The position numbers and the translations under genes were made by a program. This document shows, piece by piece, positions 44,274-54,305 of a DNA stretch of 64,000 nucleotides. Where the stretch lies: positions 1-64,000 of IMG/VR virus record IMGVR_UViG_3300005458_000014; one strand, written 5' to 3'. The notes beneath the pieces are model-generated. The model had not been told where the DNA came from, searched no databases, and worked only from the letters and a program-made list of their open reading frames with translations. Source of the stretch: a virus. Its lineage: Duplodnaviria; Caudoviricetes. Position 1 is the stretch's first letter; every line of letters starts with the position of its first letter.

Positions 44274-46351
44274 CAGCTCTCCGGCGGAAGCACGGACGGC
44301 GGCTGGTAGCTGCCCGAGGCCGCCGGCGGCGGAGTCTCCTGGGGGATCAGCGGCCCGTTCTGCTGCTCGATCCAGGCATAGCTCACCGGGATCCGGGTGT
44401 AGGTGCCGAGCGCGCGGGCCAGCCGGGCGTCATCCGGCGGGATCACGTAGGCGACCGACGCCCGCGGGTCCTCCAGGCTGGCGTTCAGCAGGTTGTAGGA
44501 GATCCCGGCGGTCTGCTGCCACGGGGTGGCGAACCCGGTCCGCAGGGTGACCCGGCCGGGCACGGCGAGCTGGTAGCGGCGGCCGTCGGAGCGGAACATG
44601 TAGTCCAGGGCGTGCGCCCGGAAGTCCGGCACGGTCTGGATGCCGACGGTGCCGGGATTGACCACTCCCTTGGCGCTGCGCTGGAGGTTCTGGTCGGTGT
44701 CGGTCAGGATCGCCGGGCGGACCAGCAGCGCGCGCACGCCAGGGACCTGCACCGCTCCGGCCGCGATGATCTGCGTGCCGTAGCACAGCGTGCACCGGTA
44801 CTGGCTGCCCTGGCCGTAAGCGGCACTGATCTGCGCCTCCGGGCCGGTACCGTAATCGGGCTGGGCCGGGCTCAGCGGGATGACCCGGCCCGGCTCGAAG
44901 CATCGGGTGCAGCGCCGCGCCAGCCCCGCGTCCAGGTCCTCGGGCCGCCACAGCAGGCAGAACATGACCAGCTCCCCGTACTGCCACAGGGCCTGAGCAT
45001 GCCGCTGGCGCTCCTGCTCGATCGCGAAGTGCTGGATATCGCGCTGCCAGGCCGGCTGCTCGCGGGGCGGGGACGGGGGCGGCGGCGGAGCCAGCCGGGC
45101 CTCCGCCGCGACCGACATCGAGGCCGAGGCCGACATGACCACCTGGGCCACCGTGTACGACGTGGGCGCCGCGCTGAGAGAGGCCTGGGCGCTCAGCGCG
45201 GCCTGGGCCAGGTCGTTACCCCGGGCGGTCGCCCGCAGCGTCATGGCGGCCAGCAGGGCAGCGCGGGCGGCCCTTGCCACGCCGGCGGTCGCGGCCAGCT
45301 GCGGACTGGCACTCAGGTGCGCTGCCGGGTGGGTCAGCGGGACGGCCGTGAGTCCCGGGACCGCGCTGAGATGTGCCGCCGCCTGGGCAGTCCGGCGTGC
45401 CGCCGCCAGGAGCGAGCCAGGCGCGCTCAGGTGGGCCGAGGAGAGGATGACGCGGCCCCCGGTAACGGTCAGCCTTCCCGGGGCGCTCAGGGCCGCTGAG
45501 GCCCGCTGGGAACGGAACCCGGCGGCCGTCAGGAGGGCGTGCGCGGCAAGCGCGGCAGCAGCCCGCTGGGTGACCCCGGCCGAGGCCCCGAGGGAGGCGG
45601 CAGCCTGGAGCGCGGACCTGGCCGAGCGGAGCACGATCGCCGGGGCCGCCAGCACCGGGGCGGCGGCCAGGTGCGCGACTGCCTGGGAGGTAGCGGCAGC
45701 CAGCGCGGGACTCGCGGTCAGGTGCGCGCTGACCCGGACCGTGACCAGCGGGCCGGCAGTCAGCGCCGGGGCCGCGGCCAGGGCCACGGTGACCGGGTGA
45801 GTGACCAGGGACCCGGCATGCAGGATCGGGCTGGCCGCCAGGCTGGCCGCGCCGGGCCGGTAGGTGCCGGCGGAGGCAGTCAGCTGCGAGCCGGCTGCCA
45901 GCACCGCGGCACCGGCCTGGCCGGGCACCAGCAGGACGGCCGCCGCGGACAGGACGGCTGCCTGGGCCGAGGCCGCCGCGCCCAGGACGGGAGCCGCAGC
46001 CAGGTGAGCCGAGGAGGGGTGAGTCACCACCGCAGCCGCCGTCAGCTGCGGCGCAGCGCGCAGGGTCACCGGCACCGTGGCGCTGGCAGACAGCACCGGG
46101 GCAGCCGAGAGCACGGCCTGAGCGCTCTTGATGACCCGGGCCGAGGCAGTCAGCCGGGGAGCGGCGGCCAGCGCGGTGCCGGTTCCGCCCACGCCCAGGG
46201 TCGCGGCAGCGGACAGGCTGGCGGAGCCGTGCTGGATGAACGAGGCGGCGGCATTCAGCCGGGCCTGGGCGCTGAGGGCAGCCGCGGCGTTGGACGTGCT
46301 CGATGCCGTGTTAAGGAAGACTCCGTAAAAGCCGCGGGAAGCGCTGGCCAC
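44273..46351 (-). CDS. Head-closure-like protein with long N-terminal Ala-rich repeat array
   Basis: About 20 A.A.L.A.P.L.A repeats followed by a CTRC...CTLCYGT domain. Confidence 0.65.
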   Translation of the reverse strand: MASASRGFYGVFLNTASSTSNAAAALSAQARLNAAASFIQHGSASLSAAATLGVGGTGTALAAAPRLTASARVIKSAQAVLSAAPVLSASATVPVTLRAAPQLTAAAVVTHPSSAHLAAAPVLGAAASAQAAVLSAAAVLLVPGQAGAAVLAAGSQLTASAGTYRPGAASLAASPILHAGSLVTHPVTVALAAAPALTAGPLVTVRVSAHLTASPALAAATSQAVAHLAAAPVLAAPAIVLRSARSALQAAASLGASAGVTQRAAAALAAHALLTAAGFRSQRASAALSAPGRLTVTGGRVILSSAHLSAPGSLLAAARRTAQAAAHLSAVPGLTAVPLTHPAAHLSASPQLAATAGVARAARAALLAAMTLRATARGNDLAQAALSAQASLSAAPTSYTVAQVVMSASASMSVAAEARLAPPPPPSPPREQPAWQRDIQHFAIEQERQRHAQALWQYGELVMFCLLWRPEDLDAGLARRCTRCFEPGRVIPLSPAQPDYGTGPEAQISAAYGQGSQYRCTLCYGTQIIAAGAVQVPGVRALLVRPAILTDTDQNLQRSAKGVVNPGTVGIQTVPDFRAHALDYMFRSDGRRYQLAVPGRVTLRTGFATPWQQTAGISYNLLNASLEDPRASVAYVIPPDDARLARALGTYTRIPVSYAWIEQQNGPLIPQETPPPAASGSYQPPSVLPPES

Positions 46352-46356
46352 CGGGA

Positions 46357-47433
46357 TCAGGTCCCGTATACGTCATAGACGCTGCCGGTGCCCGGCGTGG
46401 TGTTCCCCCCGAAGCTCCCGGTGGCGTTCCCGTAGGTGTTGCACTGGACCCGGCTCTGGGTCGGCCCGGTGGTGCCGATGAAAACGCCGTAACGCTGGTG
46501 CGGGCTGCCATTCCGGTCATAGCTCTGGCACCCGGTCATCGAGATGTCAGTGAGTCCGGTGGCGATGTTGAATCCGTCATAGGTGGGGGATCCCGAGCCC
46601 AGCCCGGCCGAGTCGGACACGCACCCGGCCAGCAGCACCTTGCCGCTCTGGATCGAGAAATTGTGCTGCGTGGAATCCTCTGCCTGGCAGTTCACGAAGG
46701 CGGTCCGGGTGGACTGGATGTTGAAGCCGTTGGCGTGCGAGTTGTCAGACCGGACATTGTTGTAGGTCGTGTCGCCGCCCGCGGCATAGACGCCGTCCGA
46801 GCCTGAGCCCAGGATCTGCACGTCACTAAGGTAGCTGTCCACCAGTCCGCCGCCGTAGATGCCGTAGGTGCCGGCCTTCCCGATCCGCAGCCCGCTGACA
46901 TGGGTGACGCGCACCGCGGTGTCGAAGTACAGCCCGGCGCCCCCGGAGTTCATGATCACCAGGTCCCTGATCTTGTGCACCGGGTCGGAATAGGTGAACG
47001 GGGTCTGGGTCACCTGCCCGTTGCAGTAGATCCCGTGCTCGGTTCCGCTGCCCGACCCGTTCAGCATCAGGTCGTGCACGGTGGTCATCTCGGTGTAGGT
47101 CTGGCCGGTCACGATCAGGGCCATGCCGGAGAACCCGGGCGATGCATTGACCTGGCAGCCGGCCCGGCCGAAGGCACCCCCGAGGTCCACCCAGGACTGG
47201 AGCTGGATCGGCGCGGTGAGATTGAAGTTATACCCCACCAGCAGGACCGATCCACCGCCGCCGGATGGCTTCGAGGAGCTGGTCTGGCCGGTGGCCGCTA
47301 CTGCGCTGATGGCCGCGTTGATCACCGTCTGGTCGGAGGTGCCCGAGCACTGGTAAACATAAGTCCCGTCCGCCGCGGCGCGCTTCAGGCCCGCCGGGCA
47401 GTCTGACGAGTAGACAACCGCCATCCCGGGCAT
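46357..47433 (-). CDS. Right-handed beta-helix (pectate-lyase-like) protein
   Basis: DQTVINAAI, GGGSVLL, repeated N..G.G.Y rungs. Confidence 0.75.
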   Translation of the reverse strand: MPGMAVVYSSDCPAGLKRAAADGTYVYQCSGTSDQTVINAAISAVAATGQTSSSKPSGGGGSVLLVGYNFNLTAPIQLQSWVDLGGAFGRAGCQVNASPGFSGMALIVTGQTYTEMTTVHDLMLNGSGSGTEHGIYCNGQVTQTPFTYSDPVHKIRDLVIMNSGGAGLYFDTAVRVTHVSGLRIGKAGTYGIYGGGLVDSYLSDVQILGSGSDGVYAAGGDTTYNNVRSDNSHANGFNIQSTRTAFVNCQAEDSTQHNFSIQSGKVLLAGCVSDSAGLGSGSPTYDGFNIATGLTDISMTGCQSYDRNGSPHQRYGVFIGTTGPTQSRVQCNTYGNATGSFGGNTTPGTGSVYDVYGT

Positions 47434-47696
47434 CAGGAGACCTCCTGCTCCGCGGCAGCAGGCGCGTTCTCATGATCCCGGCCGGTGGTCTCCCGGTACA
47501 GGTCGGCCATGATCTTGCGGGCCATCCTCGCCTCCAGGAGCGCCTCCCGGGCGGCCTTGTTGCTCTCGCGGCGGAACCACCCGATCGCCCGCGCCAGCGG
47601 CCGTCGGGCCAGGAAGGCGACGATGGCGGTGATGACGGCCTCCAGGGGCATCGCTCCGATGTTGCCGCCCACCCAGTCCCAGTAGCGATGCAGCAT
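47433..47696 (-). CDS. Small membrane protein (holin-like)
   Basis: Single TM followed by a basic segment. Confidence 0.5.
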   Translation of the reverse strand: MLHRYWDWVGGNIGAMPLEAVITAIVAFLARRPLARAIGWFRRESNKAAREALLEARMARKIMADLYRETTGRDHENAPAAAEQEVS

Positions 47697-47738
47697 CGGA
47701 CCCTCCCTGGGCAGCCTCACTCCTTCTGGGGCTGCACA

Positions 47739-47776
47739 GCAGAGAGCCCCCGGGCGGGGGGCTCCGGGGACTCTCC
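47739..47776. terminator. Hairpin terminator
   Basis: GAGAGCCCCCGG...CCGGGGACTCTC. Confidence 0.45.
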
Positions 47777-47869
47777 GTGTGCAGGTTCTCGGGGGCAGGA
47801 CCTGCGATTACAGGTTACCCCCGGAGAGTGCTCCTTACCCGGAAACAGAAGCCCGGGCCATTTTGCCCG

Positions 47870-48475
47870 CTATCCGTTGTTGCTGCCCCACTGGCTGTTC
47901 CCGGATACCCAGTCCGTCTGCACGACAGCCTCCCCTCCGGCGATGCCGGTCGAGGTCAGGTAGGCCGGCACGCCCTTCGTGTTCGACCGGGTGGGGTTGA
48001 CGAAGGACCAGCCGTCGATCACCCACTCGTGTCCGGTGATGTCGCAGTTCGACTCATGCCACATCGCCAGTCCGCTGGCCTGGTAGAGGCACCGCCCGTC
48101 CTGTGCCTGGACATCGACGATCTTGTCACCCGCGAACTCGCTGTTCATGCCCGAGCCGTTAGTGAACGGCTCACAGTCGCTGGTGTTGACGGTGTGGCAG
48201 CTAGTCCCGAAAACGCCCCAGCGCTGGTTGCTGCCGTTATTCGGATCGGTGATGACGGCGTTGCTACTGCCCTCGTCCAGGCACTTGCCGCCGCCCTTGG
48301 TGGCGCAGATCTGGAACTCGCCCAGGCCCGGCCCGATCATTCCGGCCGGGGAGATGACCGCGGGCGCCGCCGGGGCTGCGGTGCTCGCGGACGCGGCCAC
48401 GGCCGGGACCGCGGCAAGAGCGACGACGGCCAGCACGGCCGCCAGGATCCGGGAGAGACTCTTAGCTAGGTTCAT
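47870..48475 (-). CDS. Secreted ricin-B-lectin-like protein (moron)
   Basis: Signal peptide, GKCLD, NQRW, GRCL, SQW. Confidence 0.65.
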   Translation of the reverse strand: MNLAKSLSRILAAVLAVVALAAVPAVAASASTAAPAAPAVISPAGMIGPGLGEFQICATKGGGKCLDEGSSNAVITDPNNGSNQRWGVFGTSCHTVNTSDCEPFTNGSGMNSEFAGDKIVDVQAQDGRCLYQASGLAMWHESNCDITGHEWVIDGWSFVNPTRSNTKGVPAYLTSTGIAGGEAVVQTDWVSGNSQWGSNNG

Positions 48476-48485
48476 AGCTAAAACC

Positions 48486-48830
48486 TTAGTCCGGCAGCAG
48501 CTCCAGGTCCATCTCCCCGTCGGCGCCGATGATGGCCCGGTACCGGCCGGTCTGGCCACCAGGCGGCCCGCCCATGGCCCCGGCCTGCTCATGGATGGTG
48601 CACGAGAACAGGTCCCCCAGCCGGTCGCGCAGCGGGTGCTTGATCGTCCAGGAATCAGCGCCGAAGACCACGATGTGATCGGTCTCGCGATCGCCCAGGA
48701 TCTCCCGGGCGGCGTACTTGCGGGGACATGCCGGAGCCAGGCAGGCGATCGCCCCGCCGGGCGTCAGGTGCAGGGTCTCTCCGCAGCCCATCGGGCAGTA
48801 GGCGCCGATGATGTCTCGGATCTGGGTCAT
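48486..48830 (-). CDS. Hypothetical protein (Cys-rich)
   Basis: GAYCPMGCGETL, WTIKHPLRDRL. Confidence 0.7.
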   Translation of the reverse strand: MTQIRDIIGAYCPMGCGETLHLTPGGAIACLAPACPRKYAAREILGDRETDHIVVFGADSWTIKHPLRDRLGDLFSCTIHEQAGAMGGPPGGQTGRYRAIIGADGEMDLELLPD

Positions 48831-48851
48831 GCAGGGATCCTAGCTAACAGG

Positions 48852-49058
48852 CTAGATGTTGTTATCCCAGCCGCGGTTAATCTGGTCCGCCGGCCGCGGG
48901 GCCCCGGTAGCCAGCACATCCCACAGGACTCCGGGATCCTCGCTGTTCTTCAGGGTCACCCGGTCACCCGGTCGCACCCGGGCCTCGATCCAGCAGGTCC
49001 GGACAGTCGTATCCGAGCGCAGGAACGCCTGGGTCAGCAGGCGGGGACTAGCAGCCAC
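48852..49058 (-). CDS. Small hypothetical protein
   Basis: 68 aa, TCWIE.RVRPGDRVTLK. Confidence 0.55.
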   Translation of the reverse strand: MAASPRLLTQAFLRSDTTVRTCWIEARVRPGDRVTLKNSEDPGVLWDVLATGAPRPADQINRGWDNNI

Positions 49059-49116
49059 GCGGACAGCCTAATCCGGACGCAACTACCTGGCCAAGAATCG
49101 GGCAAATTATACTAAA

Positions 49117-50016
49117 TTAGTACCAGCGAGCCCACATCCGCGGCCGGGCCGCGACCGAGCCCGCCACGCGAGTCGGGGCATAGCGGCCGTAAGTGCCCCC
49201 AGATACAAGAACTCTGGGCGAACCAGTCATAATATGACGGATCTTGAAGACATCGAGCATCGACTTCAGCTCGGCCTGCTCGTCAGCCAGGGCCTGGCGC
49301 CACCGGTCGGTATAGTCGCGGCGCTCCTGGCGGGCGATCGGCGGCCCCTGGAAGGACGGCTGCTCGGTGTAGGCCCGGATCAGGTGCTTGATGCCCTCGA
49401 CATAGGTATAGCTGGCCAGCAGGCCGCCCCAGAACTCAACCGGGAAGGCCGGGCCGCCGATCCCGTTCAGGGTGTAGTTGCTCCACGGCTGGGCCGCGGT
49501 GTTCAGCTTGCCGAGCGCGATGCCCATCAGCTGGGCGATCCGGCCGCGGGACCAGTGCGCCTGGAAGTAGGACTGGAGATTCGGGCCGCCGCCCGCTGAG
49601 TCGAACAGGTCCGCGAACCGGACCCAGACCTGGTCCTCCAGGAAGTCCTGCATGGCCAGGGACAGCGCGTCATAGTGCGGGTTGGCCGGCCCGATCACCA
49701 GCCAGGCGGAGTAGGCCTGGGCCTGCCCGCTCACCTCGTAGGTCCAGTCCAGCTGAGCCTGGCCGGGGTTGCTGGTGTCGGTGCTGGACGGGGTGACCTG
49801 GTAGATCCCGGCCGACAGCCGCTCGGCGGAGTAGCTGCTGATCACCGTTACGGTGCCGTCGGCATTCTGCATCAGCAGCCGCGCCGACACGGCCTGGCCG
49901 TCAGGGTCGGCCGGCTGGCCGCCGATGTAGACCGTGAAGCCCAGCGGCGGCCGGGAGAACTGGCTGACGTACTGGCGCTCGCGCCAGTCCACCAGGTCCG
50001 GGTTGACGACGGTCAT
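49117..50016 (-). CDS. Head-tail adaptor-like protein
   Basis: RFADLFDS..GGPNL, KHLIRAYTEQP, RRDYTDRW; position in neck module. Confidence 0.65.
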   Translation of the reverse strand: MTVVNPDLVDWRERQYVSQFSRPPLGFTVYIGGQPADPDGQAVSARLLMQNADGTVTVISSYSAERLSAGIYQVTPSSTDTSNPGQAQLDWTYEVSGQAQAYSAWLVIGPANPHYDALSLAMQDFLEDQVWVRFADLFDSAGGGPNLQSYFQAHWSRGRIAQLMGIALGKLNTAAQPWSNYTLNGIGGPAFPVEFWGGLLASYTYVEGIKHLIRAYTEQPSFQGPPIARQERRDYTDRWRQALADEQAELKSMLDVFKIRHIMTGSPRVLVSGGTYGRYAPTRVAGSVAARPRMWARWY

Positions 50017-50022
50017 CGGCGC

Positions 50023-50682
50023 CTACAGCACATTGCCCGAGCTGTAGTTCGCGATCATCGCGATCGCCTTGGCGCCCTTCACCTGGATAGCCGTGGAATA
50101 GTCGGTGGTGACATTGATCCGCAGGCCGATCTTGTGCTGGCCGGCGGCGCAGTTCGGCACCACGGCGATCGAGGTGGCGTTCTCCCCGGCCGTGTGCGCC
50201 GCGTCCGAGGAGTTGCCCGAGAACCGGATCTGCTCGGCATAGCCGCCGATCAGCTGCTCTACCCCGTCGAAGATGATCGACTGGAAGGCATTCTGGCTCT
50301 GCTTGTTCGGGTACTGGTAGGTCGCGCTCAGGATGACCGCCAGCGAGCACGGCCGCGGGGTGGTGAAGGTCAGGATGTTGAAGTTCGGGCTGGCCCCCGC
50401 GTTCACCGCGGTATTGACGAACAGGCCGCCGGCGAATACCGGCACCGAGTCCCGCAGGTCCGCCCAGGCCGTCCCGGTCCAGTAGGACAGCTGCTTCAGG
50501 TCCGTCATGAAGATCATGCGGCCCTTCTGCGCGGTGCCCCAGTTGGGCCGGGACGTGCTCGTGCAGATGAAGGTGCCCGGGCTGGCGTCCAGGATCCCGA
50601 AGTTCGAGACGAAATCGCTCAGCTGGAACGGGTCCGATTCATCATTGAGCTTGAGCCCGAGGAACGTTGAGAAGGTCGCCAA
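50023..50682 (-). CDS. Virion structural protein
   Basis: TFLGLKL, CTSTSRP, GRMIFMTD..YWTGTAW. Confidence 0.65.
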   Translation of the reverse strand: MATFSTFLGLKLNDESDPFQLSDFVSNFGILDASPGTFICTSTSRPNWGTAQKGRMIFMTDLKQLSYWTGTAWADLRDSVPVFAGGLFVNTAVNAGASPNFNILTFTTPRPCSLAVILSATYQYPNKQSQNAFQSIIFDGVEQLIGGYAEQIRFSGNSSDAAHTAGENATSIAVVPNCAAGQHKIGLRINVTTDYSTAIQVKGAKAIAMIANYSSGNVL

Positions 50683-50686
50683 GAGG

Positions 50687-52990
50687 TCAGCCTCCCAGTC
50701 CCGTCCCGGCCTTTACGGAGCCATCCGGGAGGTAGATCGGATTGATGGCATTCGCCGGGTCCAGGGCGGACGGCCCGGACTGGACCGAGCCCTCATGGCC
50801 GGGCTGCGGCGCGTTGTAGTTCAGCGGCACCGCGTAGGCGCTCCAGCCTGAGAACGGCCCGGTTCCGGCCTTGTTCAGCGCGGCCACCCGGAACCGGTAG
50901 CCCTGGCTGTAGGGGGTCGAGCCGTCCGGCTTGTAGATCACCGGGGTGTTGGGGACCAGGCCCTGGGTGAAGACCGCGGTGACCGAGGACGGGTCGGCGC
51001 CATACCAGTACTCCGCCACCAGGGTGTCGCCGGCCTTCACGTTCTGCGAGCTGGCCAGGACCGAGATCCGGTACTGAGCCCAGGGGCCGATCCCGGTCTG
51101 GGTGATGGCGTAGTCGTAGCCCAGCTCCAGGACGGTGCCGTCCGGCTGCATCGGGTCGTTCTCGGTGCCGGTGGTGTTCCGGACGATGACCTGACCGGGC
51201 GGGGTGACGATGCCGGTCCTGCTGGTAGTCGGCAGCGTGGTGTCGGACGCCGGCGGCGCGGCCCCGGTGCTGGTCGGCGGGGCCGTCAGCGTCAGCGCGG
51301 TGCCGATCGCGGTCGGGCTCCCTGCCGTCTGCTGCCGGGTCAGGGTCGAGCCGCCTGCCTGGGACACGTAGGCATACCAGCCGGCCGCCCCGGCCTCCGC
51401 CGACGGGCTCGGCACGGTCAGGGTCGAGGTGGCCGCGGTCGTGACCACGGTGCCCTGGGTGCTGGCCACTGTCTCGCCGTTGGCGTTGACGTAGGTCGCG
51501 GCAACCTTGTAGGTGCCGGCTGCCACGGTGCCGCCCGTGTCGGCCTTGGTCGGGGCCGGGGCGGACGGGGCCGCCAGCGCGGCCGTCAGGGCAGTGAAGG
51601 TATCGGCCTGGTAGGCGGGCTCGCCCGCCTGGGCGCCGCCGGAGGGCGCCGGCTGGCCGTCCATCACCGGCTGGCCGCTGGCCGGCACGTACATCGTGCC
51701 GCGGTCCTCGGCCTCCAGCAGGTAGCCATCCACCGGGGTGGTCCCGGACGGCGGGGCCCAGGCCAGGGACACGCCGCGGTTGACCGCGGTCGGCGTGGGG
51801 GTACCGGGAGCGGCCGGGACCGAGGCCGGGATGTTCGAGCCGTAGTAGGTCGCGTCCCCGTAGCTGTAGGTCACCGAGACGTTGTTGCCGGCCGCGAAGT
51901 GCGCTGCCACCTCCGGGCTGATGTAGGCGACGGTCTCCTCGCCGTTCCCGGCCGTGGTCACGGTGTAGTCCGTGCCGAGCACCATCGCCTGGGAGCTGGT
52001 GGTGTTGGTCACCACGATCGAGGAGGGCACGACGCCCTTCTGGCTCAGGTACAGCCGCGATCCCGCGGCGGCCGAGGCGAAGGCGTCAGTCTGGCTGGCC
52101 AGCAGGGTCGGTGCGGCCGGGGCGCCGATGTAGCTCGTGTCGATCTGCCGGGCCGCGTAGGAGGAATCGACCGGCAGCGGGTTGGCATTCACCTGGTTGC
52201 CCAGGATGTCGGTCAGCGTGGTGTCCTTGTTGCCGGCCGCCACGCCCGACGACGGCGCCCGGTAGCCATTCGGGCTGGAGTACATCGAGGGAACCAGGTT
52301 GCTGCCGCCGCTGTCCTGGGTGTCCAGGCTCCCGGTCAGGCCGGTGTCTGCCGGGGAGTAGTCCTCCGGCAGGCCGCCGCCGTAGACGGCCTCGGTGTCC
52401 GGAGCGCCGCCGGCCCACCCGTAGGTGCCCGGGGCGCTCTCGGTGACCGCGTACTCGCTGCCAGGCGCTCCGGTCTCGGAGCCGGACTGGGTGCCCATTG
52501 CCGGGTCGGTCAGCGACCCGTAGCCCGCGGCCGAGCCCAGGCCGCCCGCCGAGCCGCCCTCGGTGTCGGCATTCGAGGCCTGACCCTGGGTCCCGGCCGG
52601 CAGCGGCCCGGCGCTGCCCTGGAAGCCGCCGAACTCATACGACTCATCGCGCTGCATGCCGTACCGGTAGGTCACCTTCGCGGTGTCCGCATCGGCCGAG
52701 TCCGTGGAGGAGTTGATCCGGGTGACCGAGTAGGTCAGGCCCTCCGGCGCGCTGCCCGAGGGCGTCAGCGTGTAGTCGGTCCCGAGCACCAGCCGCTTGC
52801 TGGTAGTGGTGTCGAAGACCGAGATCACGTCAGCGGTGGGCGAGGGGCCCGCGGTCTCCAGGGCGGGCACCGAGACGATGCCGGCCTTACTCAGCGCCGC
52901 CGGGACGGTGTGGCTGAGCGTGATGGTGTCCACCTGCTCGACGACGCCCTGGGCGGGGACGCCATGGAAGTCGGCCACGCTGCTGGTCAT
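50687..52990 (-). CDS. Structural protein with fibronectin-III-like domain
   Basis: LGTDYT repeats, VSLAWAPP, YRFRVAALNKAGTGPFS. Confidence 0.75.
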   Translation of the reverse strand: MTSSVADFHGVPAQGVVEQVDTITLSHTVPAALSKAGIVSVPALETAGPSPTADVISVFDTTTSKRLVLGTDYTLTPSGSAPEGLTYSVTRINSSTDSADADTAKVTYRYGMQRDESYEFGGFQGSAGPLPAGTQGQASNADTEGGSAGGLGSAAGYGSLTDPAMGTQSGSETGAPGSEYAVTESAPGTYGWAGGAPDTEAVYGGGLPEDYSPADTGLTGSLDTQDSGGSNLVPSMYSSPNGYRAPSSGVAAGNKDTTLTDILGNQVNANPLPVDSSYAARQIDTSYIGAPAAPTLLASQTDAFASAAAGSRLYLSQKGVVPSSIVVTNTTSSQAMVLGTDYTVTTAGNGEETVAYISPEVAAHFAAGNNVSVTYSYGDATYYGSNIPASVPAAPGTPTPTAVNRGVSLAWAPPSGTTPVDGYLLEAEDRGTMYVPASGQPVMDGQPAPSGGAQAGEPAYQADTFTALTAALAAPSAPAPTKADTGGTVAAGTYKVAATYVNANGETVASTQGTVVTTAATSTLTVPSPSAEAGAAGWYAYVSQAGGSTLTRQQTAGSPTAIGTALTLTAPPTSTGAAPPASDTTLPTTSRTGIVTPPGQVIVRNTTGTENDPMQPDGTVLELGYDYAITQTGIGPWAQYRISVLASSQNVKAGDTLVAEYWYGADPSSVTAVFTQGLVPNTPVIYKPDGSTPYSQGYRFRVAALNKAGTGPFSGWSAYAVPLNYNAPQPGHEGSVQSGPSALDPANAINPIYLPDGSVKAGTGLGG

Positions 52991-53409
52991 CCTGCGCTCC
53001 GGTCTGTCTCGTCATCGACGGTCGTCATCGGCCCCAGGCCGCTGGCGTGGTTCTGCCAGGCCTGGCTGTGATCGCGGACCAGGATCCTTCCGGTGGCCGG
53101 GTCCACCGTCAGCCCCTGGGACTCCAGCCGCTCGCGCGCCCGCCGGGCCGCCGCGGTGACCCGGTCCTTGTCGGCATCCGGGTCCCCGCGGTTGACCGTG
53201 AGGCCGGGGGAGGTCTGCACCACGTTGGGCGAGACGGCCTCATCCTCCGGGTCCATCGCGCGCAGCGCCCACGCCAGGTCCCCCGCCGCGGCCAGGTCGA
53301 ACGCCTCGGTCACGCCGCGCAGCTCAGTGTGCGGGGCCGAGGGGCCGGCCGTGTCCGAGGTGTCATAGGTCCCCGTCATGGCTGCGGGGTCCCGGGGGAA
53401 GTGGCGCAC
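52987..53409 (-). CDS. Hypothetical protein
   Basis: ORF coupled to neighbours; start may be ATG 53379. Confidence 0.6.
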   Translation of the reverse strand: MRHFPRDPAAMTGTYDTSDTAGPSAPHTELRGVTEAFDLAAAGDLAWALRAMDPEDEAVSPNVVQTSPGLTVNRGDPDADKDRVTAAARRARERLESQGLTVDPATGRILVRDHSQAWQNHASGLGPMTTVDDETDRSAG

Positions 53410-53412
53410 GGG

Positions 53413-53931
53413 CTAGACCTCCAGCGTCCAGGGGCCGGTGCCGCGCCGCACGCAGCTCTCGGCCAGGCTGCCATGGCGCGAGCACAGCGGCGGGGCCGCG
53501 TCCTTCTCCTTGGCCCGGACCGGGATCTGCTCACCGCACGGGGCCTCCGGCCGGGTGCCCGGGCCGATGCAGGTCACCACGATCATGTCGTTATCGGAGG
53601 CCTCGTCGATGGTCTCGCGGATGGCCAGCTCGTCGGCCGCCATCCGATCCCGGAAGTTTCCGGCCTGCTTGGCCAGAGCGTCCCGGATGTAGGGGTCATC
53701 GTCGCCCGAGACCACCTTCAGGACGCCCTGCCGGATCGCCCGGACGAAGGCCGGGCTGGACTTCAGCTCGTTGGGGATGGGCTGCACGTCGTCGCCGCTG
53801 CGGTCGCCGCGGCCGGCGAAAGTGACCTGGTAGGTCTCTTTCGGGTCCGAGGCGATCACCGTCGGCCCGTCCATCATGTTCTGGCACATGACAGGGGCCT
53901 GGACGCCGGGGATGGCGATGTCAGCAGTCAT
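53413..53931 (-). CDS. Hypothetical protein with C-terminal Cys/His motif
   Basis: AGGAGG SD; CIGP...CGEQ...PLCSRH. Confidence 0.7.
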   Translation of the reverse strand: MTADIAIPGVQAPVMCQNMMDGPTVIASDPKETYQVTFAGRGDRSGDDVQPIPNELKSSPAFVRAIRQGVLKVVSGDDDPYIRDALAKQAGNFRDRMAADELAIRETIDEASDNDMIVVTCIGPGTRPEAPCGEQIPVRAKEKDAAPPLCSRHGSLAESCVRRGTGPWTLEV

Positions 53932-53972
53932 GGTCGGTCCTCCTGATCCTTCTGGGCTCCGAGGTTGCAGTG

Positions 53973-54305
53973 CTAGCCGAGGATGAGGTACCCGACCACC
54001 GAGTTGTCGCTGCCCGAGCTGGAGGAGATCGTGAATCCGCTCCCCGGGTTCGTGGCGGGCACCGACAGGTGGCCGGGCGTGCCGGAGGGCGACATGCGGC
54101 TGACCAGGATCACGCTGTCTGCCGTGACGGCTCCGGCCGGGACATTCACCGTGCCGCTGACCAGGGTCGCGGTCCCGGCGGTGATGCCCGGGATGCCCGC
54201 GAGCTGCTCAGCCTGGGAAGCCAGGGCGTCCGAGATCTGGTTATGGGCTTCGATGTGCCCGGCCTGGCCGGCCGCCACGTTGTCGGGCGGAATCGAGGTC
54301 GTCAT
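53973..54305 (-). CDS. Small virion protein
   Basis: GHIEAHN, GTATLVSGTV, FTISSSSGSDNS. Confidence 0.65.
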   Translation of the reverse strand: MTTSIPPDNVAAGQAGHIEAHNQISDALASQAEQLAGIPGITAGTATLVSGTVNVPAGAVTADSVILVSRMSPSGTPGHLSVPATNPGSGFTISSSSGSDNSVVGYLILG

